The notes below the pieces were generated by a model. That model was not told where the DNA came from, did no database searches, and saw only the letters and a list, made by a program, of their open reading frames with translations. A program made the translations under genes and the position numbers. 64,000 nucleotides of DNA from Eledone cirrhosa (lineage: Eukaryota): NCBI GenBank assembly GCA_964016885.1, contig OZ024755.1, forward strand, positions 33,790,001 to 33,854,000, read 5' to 3'. This document shows positions 11,931 to 25,370 of the stretch, piece after piece. Every line of letters starts with the position of its first letter. The first letter of the stretch is position 1.

Positions 11931-12114
11931 TAACAAGAATATATAGTTCTTATCAACATGCATACATTTTTACATTTGAATATACCACTGACAGTATCTG
12001 AAGGCATTCAGACATTGTCAATTATTATTTCTTGATATATCAACCTCATCTTTAGAAATGAAATATATATGTAAATGAAATTCATATGTAAAGACATAAA
12101 AATACATACATACA

Positions 12115-12455
12115 TGGAGGCACATGGCTTAGTGGTTAGAGCATTGGCCTTGCAATCGAAAGGTTGTGAGTTCAATTCTCAGACCGGGTGATGTGTTGTT
12201 TCCTTGAGCAAGACACTTTATTTCACATTGCTCCAGTTTACTCAGCTGTAGAAATGAGATGCTAGGGACTAGGATCCCTATCATTCCACTGCAAAGTGGT
12301 CGTGGAGGTGCCACGGCAAAAAAGCACCCAGCACTCACTGTAAATGAGGTTGTTGTTAGGAAGGGCATCCAACTGTAGAAATCAAGCCAGAATCAGTTCC
12401 CGTCCCACCCTTGCAAGCAGGGAAAAGTGGACGTAAAATGAAATGATGATGAAAA
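12115..12455 (+). mobile_element. Full-length SINE family B (tRNA head, CORE-like motif, V-like motif, RTE-type tail)
   Basis: A-box 'tggcttagtggttagagc', B-box 'gagttcaattc', 'ccttgagcaagacacttta', 'aggaagggcatcca', tail 'cccacccttgcaagcagggaaaagtggacgtaaaatg..(gat)n'; flanked by (taca)n. Confidence 0.9.
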
Positions 12456-12654
12456 TGATGCATACATACATACATGCATACATACATGATGACTGCCCCC
12501 CCTTGTTATCGGGTGTGACCATCACTTGATAAAGTATATATATATATTAATAATTAATGGTGCTGCAATCGAATGTGGCTTTTTAGTCGAGCCAGTGATC
12601 TAAAATATCTTGCTCAGAGTTGGCAACCAAAACATTCACTGGCAATAGCCGGCT

Positions 12655-14705
12655 GTGGTTGGTTGAGCCCTCCTGCTGATCTACACTCTTCCACATGCTT
12701 GACAGGTTGGTTGGTTGAGCCCTCCTGCTGATCTACACTCTCTTCCACATGCTTGACAGGTTGGTTGGTTGAGCCCTCCTGCTGATCTACACTCTCTTCC
12801 ACATGCTTGACAGGTTGGTTGGTTGAGCCCTCCTGCTGATCTACACTCTCTTCCACATGCTTGACAGGTTGGTTGGTTGAGCCCTCCTGCTGATCTACAC
12901 TCTCTTCCACATGCTTGACAGGTTGGTTGGTTGAGCCCTCCTGCTGATCTACACTCTCTTCCACATGCTTGACAGGTTGGTTGGTTGAGCCCTCCTGCTG
13001 ATCTACACTCTCTTCCACATGCTTGACAGGTTGGTTGGTTGAGCCCTCCTGCTGATCTACACTCTCTTCCACATGCTTGACAGGTTGGTTGGTTGAGCCC
13101 TCCTGCTGATCTACACTCTCTTCCACATGCTTGACAGGTTGGTTGGTTGAGCCCTCCTGCTGATCTACACTCTCTTCCACATGCTTGACAGGTTGGTTGG
13201 TTGAGCCCTCCTGCTGATCTACACTCTCTTCCACATGCTTGACAGGTTGGTTGGTTGAGCCCTCCTGCTGATCTACACTCTCTTCCACATGCTTGACAGG
13301 TTGGTTGGTTGAGCCCTCCTGCTGATCTACACTCTCTTCCACATGCTTGACAGGTTGGTTGGTTGAGCCCTCCTGCTGATCTACACTCTCTTCCACATGC
13401 TTGACAGGTTGGTTGGTTGAGCCCTCCTGCTGATCTACACTCTCTTCCACATGCTTGACAGGTTGGTTGGTTGAGCCCTCCTGCTGATCTACACTCTCTT
13501 CCACATGTTTGACAGGTTGGTTGGTTGAGCCCTCCTGCTGATCTACACTCTCTTCCACATGCTTGACAGGTTGGTTGGTTGAGCCCTCCTGCTGATCTAC
13601 ACTCTCTTCCACATGCTTGACAGGTTGGTTGGTTGAGCCCTCCTGCTGATCTACACTCTCTTCCACATGCTTGACAGGTTGGTTGGTTGAGCCCTCCTGC
13701 TGATCTACACTCTCTTCCACATGCTTGACAGGTTGGTTGGTTGAGCCCTCCTGCTGATCTACACTCTCTTCCACATGCTTGACAGGTTGGTTGGTTGAGC
13801 CCTCCTGCTGATCTACACTCTCTTCCACATGCTTGACAGGTTGGTTGGTTGAGCCCTCCTGCTGATCTACACTCTCTTCCACATGCTTGACAGGTTGGTT
13901 GGTTGAGCCCTCCTGCTGATCTACACTCTCTTCCACATGCTTGACAGGTTGGTTGGTTGAGCCCTCCTGCTGATCTACACTCTCTTCCACATGTTTGACA
14001 GGTTGGTTGGTTGAGCCCTCCTGCTGATCTACACTCTCTTCCACATGTTTGACAGGTTGGTTGGTTGAGCCCTCCTGCTGATCTACACTCTCTTCCACAT
14101 GCTTGACAGGTTGGTTGGTTGAGCCCTCCTGCTGATCTACACTCTCTTCCACATGTTTGACAGGTTGGTTGGTTGAGCCCTCCTGCTGATCTACACTCTC
14201 TTCCACATGCTTGACAGGTTGGTTGGTTGAGCCCTCCTGCTGATCTACACTCTCTTCCACATGCTTGACAGGTTGGTTGGTTGAGCCCTCCTGCTGATCT
14301 ACACTCTCTTCCACATGTTTGACAGGTTGGTTGGTTGAGCCCTCCTGCTGATCTACACTCTCTTCCACATGTTTGACAGGTTGGTTGGTTGAGCCCTCCT
14401 GCTGATCTACACTCTCTTCCACATGCTTGACAGGTTGGTTGGTTGAGCCCTCCTGCTGATCTACACTCTTTTCCACATGTTTGACAGGTTGGTTGGTTGA
14501 GCCCTCCTGCTGATCTACACTCTCTTCCACATGCTTGACAGGTTGGTTGGTTGAGCCCTCCTGCTGATCTACACTCTCTTCCACATGTTTGACAGGTTGG
14601 TTGGTTGAGCCCTCCTGCTGATCTACACTCTCTTCCACATGCTTGACAGGTTGGTTGGTTGAGCCCTCCTGCTGATCTACACTCTCTTCCACATGTTTGA
14701 CAGGT
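12655..14705 (-). repeat. 54-bp minisatellite, ~38 copies, open in two minus-strand frames (TCQACGRECRSAGGLNQP / PVKHVEESVDQQEGSTNQ)
   Basis: Exact 54-nt period, with essentially one frequent C/T variant; the unit resembles the C-terminal CxxC zinc-finger segment of RTE ORF2. Confidence 0.97.
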
Positions 14706-14744
14706 ATGATGAGCAGCATCTCCAACAGCAGCCCAGTAGTCAAC

Positions 14745-15200
14745 CACTGTCATCAAAAAGTTTCCAGGCTAGTTCTGGAGCATGCCAACAGATGGCAACA
14801 CATGGTTGTGCATGCAATGAGAGTTGGCAGCAACCTTTATGCACCAGTGTGCTGAGGGACATTGCTGTGTTCACTTCGCAAGTTGTGAAACTTGTGTTTT
14901 TGTGATCACGTGTATGCTGAAGCCTGTCATTTTGTCATGAACAGGAAGTTGGAAGAAACAGCCAGCATGGAATTTTGCGTTCAACTTGGGAAGTCTGCTA
15001 CAGAGACATTGAGCATACTTCTGCAGGATTATGGTGACAAACAATGGGTTGTATGCAATGTCTTGAGTGGCATGCGTGCTTCAAAAGTGGAAGAACATTC
15101 CTGGAAGATGATGAGTGATCTGGAACACTTGCTACAAGTGTTAACCCCGGAAATGCAGAAAAAATTAATCAGCTTGTGCATGAGGATCATCGGAGGATGT
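14745..15200 (+). mobile_element. Mariner (Tc1/mariner) left end with frameshifted transposase N-terminus
   Basis: TIR-like 'tcatcaaaaagtttccaggct'; from ATG 14937: MNRKLEETASMEFCVQLGKSATETLSILLQDYGD/../CLEWHACFKSGRTFLEDDE*SG...NAEKINQLVHEDHRR, the Mos1-type HTH pattern. Confidence 0.88.
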
Positions 15201-15815
15201 ACAAAATCCTGAAACTCAGACACAAACACTCACAAATATCTTAGTTTAATTTGTACAATTTTTACCAATCTGTTCTTGTTCATTACATAACTAACGTGGT
15301 TAAGAGCTTAGGCTTACATTCAGTTCTTTGAACTTCCTGCAAATGTATTTTCCTCACAATGGCCAATTTTTAACTGACCCCCTCTTTGTAAGGTCACATG
15401 CCACTGCTATCAAGAACTGGTATCACTATGATGCCAGTTGAACTGTAGCAGTCATTCAGATTAAACTTTCCCATTGGAACTTGGCTAAAAACCCACTGAT
15501 GAACTGTTAAATAGCTCTAGTTATGTAATGTTTAACACTATTACATAACTTCTGTGATGATCTAACTCTTATGTACAGAATGCAGTGTAGAATTTGCCTG
15601 AGATCTGGGTATATTTGGTATACCCACACATAGGCTTTTATTTACTGATTAACAAAATTGCGTGCGCTTGAATTATAAGCTGGCATTTATAAGATATGAT
15701 TCTTATAAAAGCTGAAGGTGTAAGGATTTGATCTGATTAGCCTCGTTAAATAATATATATACATATATATACTACAAATTTAAGAATAACAGACACAGAA
15801 CTCAATAAATAGTGA

Positions 15816-15888
<73 letters not shown>

Positions 15889-15964
15889 TTGTGTGCGCGA
15901 GTGTGTGTATATACATACAAACATATATATATATATATATAAATATATATGTGATATATATATA

Positions 15965-16001
<37 letters not shown>

Positions 16002-16269
16002 TGGTACAGTATAATAAGTGGATTGCTTATGCTACTTAAAGTTTCACCATGTAATCTGTGAATTATAAATCACTGGCTCATTGAAGTTTAAAGCATACAT
16101 CATTGAAATATTATTTCACCATTTGTAAGAATGTCATTAAATGATGTAGGCAATTTCTATAAGATTAGGATCATTTAATGCAGGTAATCTACACCATTGA
16201 AGAGGGGTTATTTAAATTGGATCCTAAAAGTTTGAAAGATGATTTAATTGCAAATGAGTAAATAGTTAT

Positions 16270-16670
16270 GTGTAAGTGGTAAGGGTGTTGGACTTATGAT
16301 CATAATGTCGTGGGTTTGATTCCAGGGCTGGGTTGTGTGTTGTGTTCTTGAGCAAAACACTTCATTTCACATTGCTCCAGTATACTCAGTGGAGGTGTGT
16401 GGCCTAGTGGTAAGGGTGTTGGACTTACAATCATAATATCGTGGGTTTGATTCCATGGCTGGGTTGTGTGTTGTGTTCTTGAGCAAAACACTTCATTTCA
16501 CGTTGCTCCAGTATACTCAGCTGAAAATGAGTACCAGCAATAGCTGGGGGTTTAACCCTGTGATGGACTGGCGTCCTGTCCAGGGGGGAGTCTTGTACTC
16601 TCAGTCGCTTCATGCCATGAAACCGGGATAAGCACCGTCAAATGAGCCTTCTGCCTTAAGACAGACTTTA
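16270..16670 (+). mobile_element. SINE family C with duplicated 5' part
   Basis: Head 'tggcctagtggtaagggtgttggac', 'ttcttgagcaaaacacttc', body 'aaccctgtgatggactggcgtcctgtccagggggg', tail 'aagacagactttag'; 16270-16390 repeats the head. Confidence 0.88.
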
Positions 16671-16849
16671 GACTAAAACTTTCGAGTAAAGAAAGCTGCA
16701 GCAGGATTTCAAAATTAGGTAACCATTTTTTTTTTAATGTTAAAATTAGAAGGTAACAAGCAATGTCAGAGATAGATTGAATGGAATACAGTATAAAAAA
16801 CAAAATCACATAAAGTATGTCGATCATCACATATAAGGTGTCACTAGAC

Positions 16850-17005
16850 CAGTCGTGGGCAAGCTGTGTCCCACATGCGACCCTTTTAGACTTCTGAATG
16901 GCACACCTAATTTCCTAATTGCCTTGAATCTTTTAGTAGTGTGTCCCTCCTTATGATGAACTTCACTCAATGTAGCCCACTGCTCAAAAAAGTTGCCTAT
17001 ACCTG
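16850..17005. mobile_element. hAT (Charlie-like) MITE with 8-bp TSD
   Basis: Ends CAGtcgtgggcaa / ttgcctatacCTG, flanked by cactagac (16842-49) and cactagat (17006-13). Confidence 0.8.
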
Positions 17006-17013
17006 CACTAGAT

Positions 17014-17250
17014 CCACGTTTCTCAACCAGTGTTTCCTGGAACCCTAGGGTTCCATAAGAGGTCACTAGGAGTTCTGTGCGAAACAATGATAAATAAGAT
17101 AATACAATTTGGAGTAATTTTTGTTTCATTTTATATACGTAATTTTACTACACACATACAGAATATTGTTGGAAGACCCTGATTAATATAACAAAAATAT
17201 AAAAGAGATAGCAAATTGGGGCTGCTGAGTTTAAAAATGACAATACATTT
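17014..17250. mobile_element. Probable second hAT MITE remnant
   Basis: 'gtttctcaacc...ggaaccctagggttcc' palindromic subterminal motif typical of Charlie-like MITEs; right end unclear. Confidence 0.45.
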
Positions 17251-17339
17251 TTCTATCACGTCAATCTTTTTTATCTCTGGGCTGGTCCAAATTGGTGCTA
17301 CTCATAGCTACAAGAGATATCACAGGTAATAATTATTAC

Positions 17340-17532
17340 CTGTGGATTGGCAGTGTTATCGGTAGAGGGTCGGACGCCATGCTTTCCAGCATAGTTATAT
17401 CCCTTTATAATCTGAGTTCAAATCCCGCCGAGGTTGACTTTGCCTTTCATCCTTACGGGGTCGATAAAATAAAGTACCAGTAATGCACTGGGTATTTGCT
17501 AGCCTTGTGCCTAAAGTAGAGACAATTATTAC
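17340..17532 (+). mobile_element. SINE family A, full length
   Basis: Near-identical to the 34801-34990 copy; flanked by 'aattattacct' duplication. Confidence 0.9.
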
Positions 17533-17794
17533 CTATTATATTATATTGTGTCAGGGCTAGCCTAGTGCTAAACAAAAAGAGAACAAACATAAACACAATA
17601 TCAGAGCTGAAAGATCCATCATCATCGTTTTACATCCATTTTACCATGCTTGCATGGGTCAGACGCGTTGTCCACGTCGAGAGACCAGTCTGACCAGGAT
17701 TGGCGATGCTGTACTTTGCTCTGACGGGAATGTAAATTTGGCTGGAGTTTTTTTTACAGCTGGATGCCACATCAACCACATTTACAGTGCACGG

Positions 17795-19455
17795 CTGTAT
17801 GATATGTAAGGAAGATATGACTGTATGACATGACTGTATGATATGACTGAAAGATATGACTGAAAGAAATGACTGTATGATATGACTGAAAGATATGACT
17901 GTATGATATGACTGAAAGATATGACTATGATATGACTGAAAGAAATGACTGTATGATATGACTGAAAGATATGACTGTATGATATGACTGAAAGAAATGA
18001 CTGTATGATATGACTGAAAGATATGACTGAAAGAAATGACTGTATGATATGACTGAAAGATATGACTGTATGATATGACTGAAAGAAATGACTGTATGAT
18101 ATGACTGAAAGATATGACTATGATATGACTGAAAGAAATGACTGTATGATATGACTGAAAGATATGACTGAAAGAAATGACTGAAAGATATGACTGTAAG
18201 AAATGACTAAGAAATGACTGTATGATATGACTGAAAGATATGACTGAAAGAAATGACTGTATGATATGACTGAAAGATATGACTGAAAGAGATGACTGTA
18301 TGATATGACTGAAAGATATGACTGAAAGATATGACTGAAAGAAATGACTGTATGATATGACTGAAAGATATGACTGAAAGAAATGACTGAAAGAAATGAC
18401 TGAAAGATATGACTGAAAGATATGACTGAAAGATATGACTGAAAGAAATGTAAGAAAGAAATGACCTTATGATATGACTGAAAGATATGACTGAAAGATA
18501 TGACTGAAAGAAATGTAAGAAAGAAATGACCTTATGATATGACTGAAAGATATGACTGAAAGATATGACTGTATGATATGACTGAAAGATATGACTATGA
18601 TATGACTGAAAGATATGACTGAAAGATATGACTGAAAGATATGACTGAAAGAAATGTAAGAAAGAAATGACCTTATGATATGACTGAAAGATATGACTGA
18701 AAGATATGACTATGATATGACTGAAAGAAATGACTGTATGATATGACTGAAAGATATGACTGAAAGATATGACTGAAAGATATGACTGAAAGATATGACT
18801 GAAAGATATGACTGAAAGAAATGTAAGAAAGAAATGACCTTATGATATGACTGAAAGATATGACTGAAAGATATGACTATGATATGACTGAAAGATATGA
18901 CTGAAAGATATGACTGAAAGATATGACTGAAAGATATGACTGAAAGATATGACTGTAAGAAATGACTGTAAGAAATGACTGAAAGATATGACTGAAAGAA
19001 ATGACTGTATGATATGACTGAAAGATATGACTGAAAGAAATGACTGAAAGATATGACTGAAAGATATGACTGAAAGAAATGACTGAAAGAAATGACTGTA
19101 TAATATGACTGAAAGAAATGACTGTATGATATGACTGAAAGATATGACTGAAAGAAATGACTGTATGATATGACTGAAAGATATGACTATGATATGACTG
19201 AAAGATATGACTGAAAGAAATGACTGAAAGATATGACTGTATGATATGACTGTATGATATGACTGAAAGATATGACTGAAAGATATGACTGTATGATATG
19301 ACTGAAAGATATGACTGAAAGATATGACTGAAAGATATGACTGAAAGATATGACTGAAAGATATGACTGAAAGAAATGACTGAAAGATATGACTGAAAGA
19401 TATGACTGAAAGATATGACTGAAAGAAATGACTGAAAGATATGACTGAAAGATAT
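17795..19455 (+). repeat. 13-bp minisatellite (GATATGACTGAAA)n with variants
   Basis: 13-nt period with variants tgtat/tgaaa and gat/gaa; starts where an RTE-type 3'UTR fragment (~17615-17795, minus strand) ends. Confidence 0.95.
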
Positions 19456-19789
19456 CAATAGGCAAAGGAAGAAGGGAGAGATGAGAAAACAAAGATAAAG
19501 TCAACACCGTAAAAGTAACAGTAACTATAAATGTGACTTATTATTTTGTATGGATATAATCATGACTGATATTTCCCAAAATAATGTGTATCTTTATCAG
19601 CGTGCTCTATTGTATCGTATCAATATTTTTATTTGAACAGCCATATTTATTTTGTTAGAATTATAATTCAGACATTGTAGAATATCATACTGTTTAAATA
19701 GAATTCTTCCAAATATGCAGAAAAAACAAGCGAAACAAACAAAAACTTTTGTTCTTAGATATTATACTCCATTCATCAATCTCATTTTA

Positions 19790-20520
19790 ATCATCATCCT
19801 AATCATCATCATCATCATCATCAACAATCAGCAACATAATCCTCATCATGATCAGCACAACCACAATCATCATCATCATCATCATCATCACCACTACTCC
19901 CACCACCATAATCACCACTACCTCCCCCACATCACCACCACCATCACCACCATCACCACCACCCATGACTGCCAGCATCGTCACCACAACCTCCTCCACC
20001 ACCACCACCACCAGCAGCAGCAGCACTACCATCACCCTCACCACCACTGCCAGCAACCTCCCTCCCCCCCACACGACTACCATCAACCTTACCACCACCT
20101 CCACTACCACCACCGCTGCCAGCAACCCCCACCTCCCACCACCTTCACCACCACCACCACCACTGCCAGCAACCCCCCACCTCCACCACTGCCAGCAACC
20201 CCCACCTCCCACCACCACCACCTTCACCTCCACTGCCAGCAACCCGCATCGCCACCACCACCTTCACCACCACCACCGCTGCCAGGAAACCCCACCTCCC
20301 ACCACCAGCAACCCCCCCACCTCCCACCACCACCACTGCCAGCAACCCCCACCTCCCACCACTACCACTGCCAGCTACCCCCACCTCCCACCACCACCAC
20401 TGCCAGCAACCCTGCCTCCCACCACCACCACTGCCAGCAACCCCCACCTCCCACCACCACCACCAGCAACCCCACCTCCCACCACCACCACCGCCAGCAA
20501 CCCCCACCACCACCACCACC
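19790..20520. repeat. (CAT)/(CAC) trinucleotide-derived low-complexity array
   Basis: Direct reading; His/Pro/Thr ORFs in several frames. Confidence 0.9.
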
Positions 20521-20719
20521 TCAAGATATATATACACCATATTCAAATAATGATATTCTGTGGTACCTTATGTTATACAGCTACAGATATCAGTTTTCAC
20601 AAGTTTCAATATTTATCCAATATTAAACATATTTTATTCATTTTTTTCCCTATCAATATACTTTTAAATGAAATATATTGATACGTTGTTATATCATTGT
20701 TTATTATGTATGGTGTTTC

Positions 20720-21905
20720 TCACATTGATGAAAAAGTTCTTTACAAACATTTTATATGGATTTTATATGGTTTTTGTATATATTTTGTATGTATTTTCTA
20801 TGCTTTTTGTATATATTTTTCTTATATATTATCTATGTATTTTGTATGCATTTTCTATGTATTTTTATGTGTTTTATATGTATTTTCTATGTTTTTTGTA
20901 TGATTTTGTGTGTATATATTTTCTATGTATTTTCTATGCTTTTTGTATATATTTTGTATGTTTTTCTTATATATTTTCTATGTATTTTGTATGCATTTTC
21001 TATGTATTTTTATGTATTTTATATGTATTTTCTATGTTTTTTGTATGATTTTGTGTGTATATATTTTGTATGTATTTTGTATGCTTCCAGAAACAATTCA
21101 GTTCATACCTGGTACCAAATATTAAGTACAAATTTTTAGCTGAAAAATTAATCAGGATATATGTGTTTGTGTTGTTTGTCAATCGTCATTCCAGTTGTGA
21201 AAGGAATTCTTTTACCCTAGATCCCATAACCCCACACCAATCTTATTTCTCACAAACACACACATTCACACACATACATTAATATCACACATACATTCTC
21301 ACAAACACACACGCACACATACATTCTCACACACAGACACACATACATTATCACACACACACACACATTCTCATAACCCCCACACCGATCTTATTTCTCA
21401 CAAACACACACATACATTCATATCACACATGCATTCTCACAAACACACATGCACACACATACATTCTCACACACAGACACACATACATTCTCACACACAC
21501 ACACATACATTCTCATAACCCCCACACCGATCTTATTTCTCACAAACACACACATTCACACACATACATTCATATCACACATACATTCTCACAAACACAC
21601 ACGCACACACATACATTCTCACACACAGACACACATACATTCTCACACACACACACACATTCTCATAACCCCCACACCGATCTTATTTCTCACAAACACA
21701 CACACACACACATACATTCTCACAAACACACACACACATACATTCTCACAAACACACACACACATACATTCTCACAAACACACACACATACATTCTCACA
21801 AACACACACACACATACATTCTCACAAATACACACACACATACATTCTCACAAACACACACACACATACATTCTCACAAATACACACATACATTCATATA
21901 CACAC
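20720..21905. repeat. T-rich degenerate repeat followed by CA-rich higher-order repeat
   Basis: Recurring 'tattttctatgt' blocks, then 'cataacccccacaccgatcttatttctcacaaac' blocks. Confidence 0.85.
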
Positions 21906-22082
21906 TTGAGAAAAAAGAAAAAAATGGAATTAGCTTATAGAAATTTCTTTAAAATGAAATATATTCCTGGTAGCATCTTGAAGGACTTCCATTGTATGTA
22001 TTGCATTGCATGAGGCAAAGTATCTAACTCTTGTTTGGATATCTCACCAAATACTCAAAGCAACATTAAACAATCAAAATGC

Positions 22083-22675
22083 CTGCAACAACAACCACAA
22101 CAACAACTGCAGCTGCAACAATAACAACAACAACTGCAACGATAACAACAACAACTGCAACGATAACAACAACAACTGCAACGATAACAACAACAACTGC
22201 AACTGCAACGATGACAACAACAACTGCAACTATAACAACAACAACTGCAACGATAACAACAACAACTGCAACTGCAACGATGACAACAACAACTGCAACG
22301 ATAACAACAACAACTGCAACGATAACAACAACAACTGCAACTGCAACGATGACAACAACAACTGAAACGATAACAACAACAACAACTGCAACGATAACTG
22401 CAACGATAACAACAACAACAACTGCAACGATTACAACAACAACTGCAACGATAACAACAACAACTGCAACGATAACAACAACTGCAACAGTAACAACTGC
22501 AACGATAACAACAACAACTGCAACGATAACAACAACAACTGCAACACTAACAATAACAACTGCAACAATAACAACAACAACAACAACAACAACAACAATA
22601 ACAACGACAATGACAACAACAACAACAACAACAACAGCAACAACAATAAAAACAACCATAACCACAACAACAACT
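22083..22675. repeat. (AAC)-based repeat, unit 'aactgcaacgataacaacaac'
   Basis: Direct reading. Confidence 0.92.
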
Positions 22676-22779
22676 AAACACCATTGCATCTTTGAGAAAA
22701 TTTGATAATATAAATGTGAAATTGATATTTTTTATATATATATTCCTGCCTATTACCTTTAAGATATGTGTAATAATAA

Positions 22780-23218
22780 TAATAATTGTTTCTACGTTAG
22801 GAACAAGGCCAGCAATTACCCAGTGTATTACTGGTACTTTATTTTATCGACCCCGTAAGGAATAACTAATAATTGTTTCTACTTTAGGCACAAGGCCAGC
22901 AGTTACCCAGTGCATTACTGGTACTTTATTTTATCGACCCCGTAAGGATGAAAGGCAAAGTCAACCTCGGCGGGATTTGAACTCAGATCGTAAAGGGACG
23001 TAACTCTATGCTGCAAAGCATGGCGTCCGACCCTCTACCGATACTGCCAATCCACTGCCCTGATGATAATGATAATAATGATAATGATAATGATTTCATT
23101 TATTAGCCACAAGGGCCGACATGTAGGGGACAATAATAATTGTTTCTACTATTGGCACAAGGCCAGCAATTACCCAGTGCATTACTGGTACTTTATTTTA
23201 TCAACCCCGTAAGGATGA
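22780..23218 (-). mobile_element. Cluster of SINE family A: one full copy (~22866-23060) and two 3' fragments, embedded in (AAT)n
   Basis: Three occurrences of 'aataattgtttctac...ttacccagtg..ttactggtactttattttatc'. Confidence 0.9.
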
Positions 23219-23219
23219 C

Positions 23220-23254
<35 letters not shown>

Positions 23255-23346
23255 TAACAATAATCCAATAATGATAATGATTGATATTGATAATGATAAT
23301 ACTTAATAGTTAATGAAAATAATAAGGATGATAAATATTTTTGTCG

Positions 23347-25215
23347 TAACTACTACTACCACCACCACTACTACTCCTACTACTATTACCACCACCACCA
23401 CTACTACTACTACCACTACTACTACTAATATTACTACTACTACTACTACCACACCCACCAGTAGAAGCAGCAGCAGAACTGCGTTTGTCACCGTTGCAGT
23501 CAGACAACCACCACCTCCACCATCACCACCACCTCCACCACCACCACCAACTACCACAACCACCTCAACCACCACCAACACAAACACCGCAACCATCACC
23601 ACCACCTCCACCATCACCAACTACCACAACCACCTCAACCATCACCACCACCTCCACCATCACCAACTACCAGAACCACCTCAACCATCACCACCACCTC
23701 CACCATCACCAACCATCACCACCACCTCCACCATCACCAACCATCACCACCACCTCAATCACCACCACCAACACAAACACCGCAACCATCACCACCACCT
23801 CCACCATCACCAACTACCAGAACCACCTCAACCATCACCACCACCTCCACCATCACCAACAACCACAACCACCTCAACCACCACCACCACCTCCACCAAC
23901 AACCACAACCACCTCAACCACCACCACCAACACAACCACCGCAACCATCACCACCACCACCACCATCACCACCACCAACAACCACCTCAACCACCACCAC
24001 AAACACTGCACCATCACCACCACCTCCACCATCACCAACAACCACAACCACCTCAACCACCACCACCAACACAACCACCACCACCACCACCACCATCACC
24101 ACCACCTCCACCATCACCAACAACCACCTCAACCACCACCACAAACACCGCAACCATCACCACCACCTCCACCATCACCAACTACCACAACCACCTCAAC
24201 CACCACCACCACCACCACAAACACCGCAACCATCACCACCACCTCCACCATCACCAACAACCACCTCAACCACCACCACAAACACCGCAACCATCACCAC
24301 CACCTCCACCATCACCAACTACCACAACCACCTCAACCACCACCACCACCACCACAAACACCGCAACCATCACCACCACCTCCACCATCACCAACCATCA
24401 CCACCACCTCAATCACCACCACCAACACAAACACCTCAACCATCACCACCACCTCCACCATCACCAACTACCACAACCACCTCAACCACCACCACCAACA
24501 CAAACACCTCCACCATCACCAACAACCACAACCACCTCAACCACCAACACCTCCACCATCACCACCACCTCCACCATCACCAACTACCACAACCACCTCA
24601 ACCACCACCACCAACACAAACACCTCAACCATCACCACCACCTCCACCATCACCAACCATCACCACCACCACCACCACAAACACCTCAACCATCACCACC
24701 ACCATCACCAACCATCACCACCACCTCAACCACCACCACCAACACAAACACCTCAACCATCACCACCACCTCCACCATCACCAACAACCACAACCTCCTC
24801 CTCAACCACCACCACCACCACAAACACCGCAACCATCACCACCACCACCACCATCACCAACTACCACAACCACCTCAACCACCACCACAACCACCTCAAC
24901 CATCACCACCACCAACACAAACACCTCAACCATCACCACCACCTCCACCATCACCAACAACCACAACCTCCTCAACCACCACCACCAACACAAACACCGC
25001 AACCATCACCATCACCACCACCTCCACCAACTACCACAACCTCCTCCTCCTTCACCACCACCACCACAAACACTACAACCATTACCTCATCCACCACCAC
25101 AACAACCTCAACCACCACCACCACCACCACCACTACAACCACCACCTCAACCATCACCACCAACACCACCAACACAACCACCACCTCATCCACCACCACC
25201 ACCACTACTAATACT
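23347..25215. repeat. (ACC)-based low-complexity array
   Basis: Direct reading; long ORFs in more than one frame lack stops only because of composition. Confidence 0.93.
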
Positions 25216-25370
25216 GCTACTACTTTTCCCCTTTAAGTTCAAATGAGTTCATATAAATTGATTCTTTTTTTTGTGTGTGGGGGTGGTTTCTTTCCTTAGT
25301 TTTTTAAATGTTTCGAGGGATTTTTGAGTTGACAATGAAGCAACTACACTTCTTTCTTTCCTTCCATTTT

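Noticed and set aside
12115-12190. tRNA gene (and similar heads of other SINEs)
   Set aside because: A/B boxes are present but run into SINE bodies, and no complete cloverleaf acceptor stem was seen.
23313-25236. Extensin/mucin/His-rich protein ORFs (also 19715-20681, 45153-46376, 57514-60582, 60592-61602)
   Set aside because: Trinucleotide and CA-rich arrays that cannot encode stops; amino-acid character switches with indels; no splice or domain evidence.
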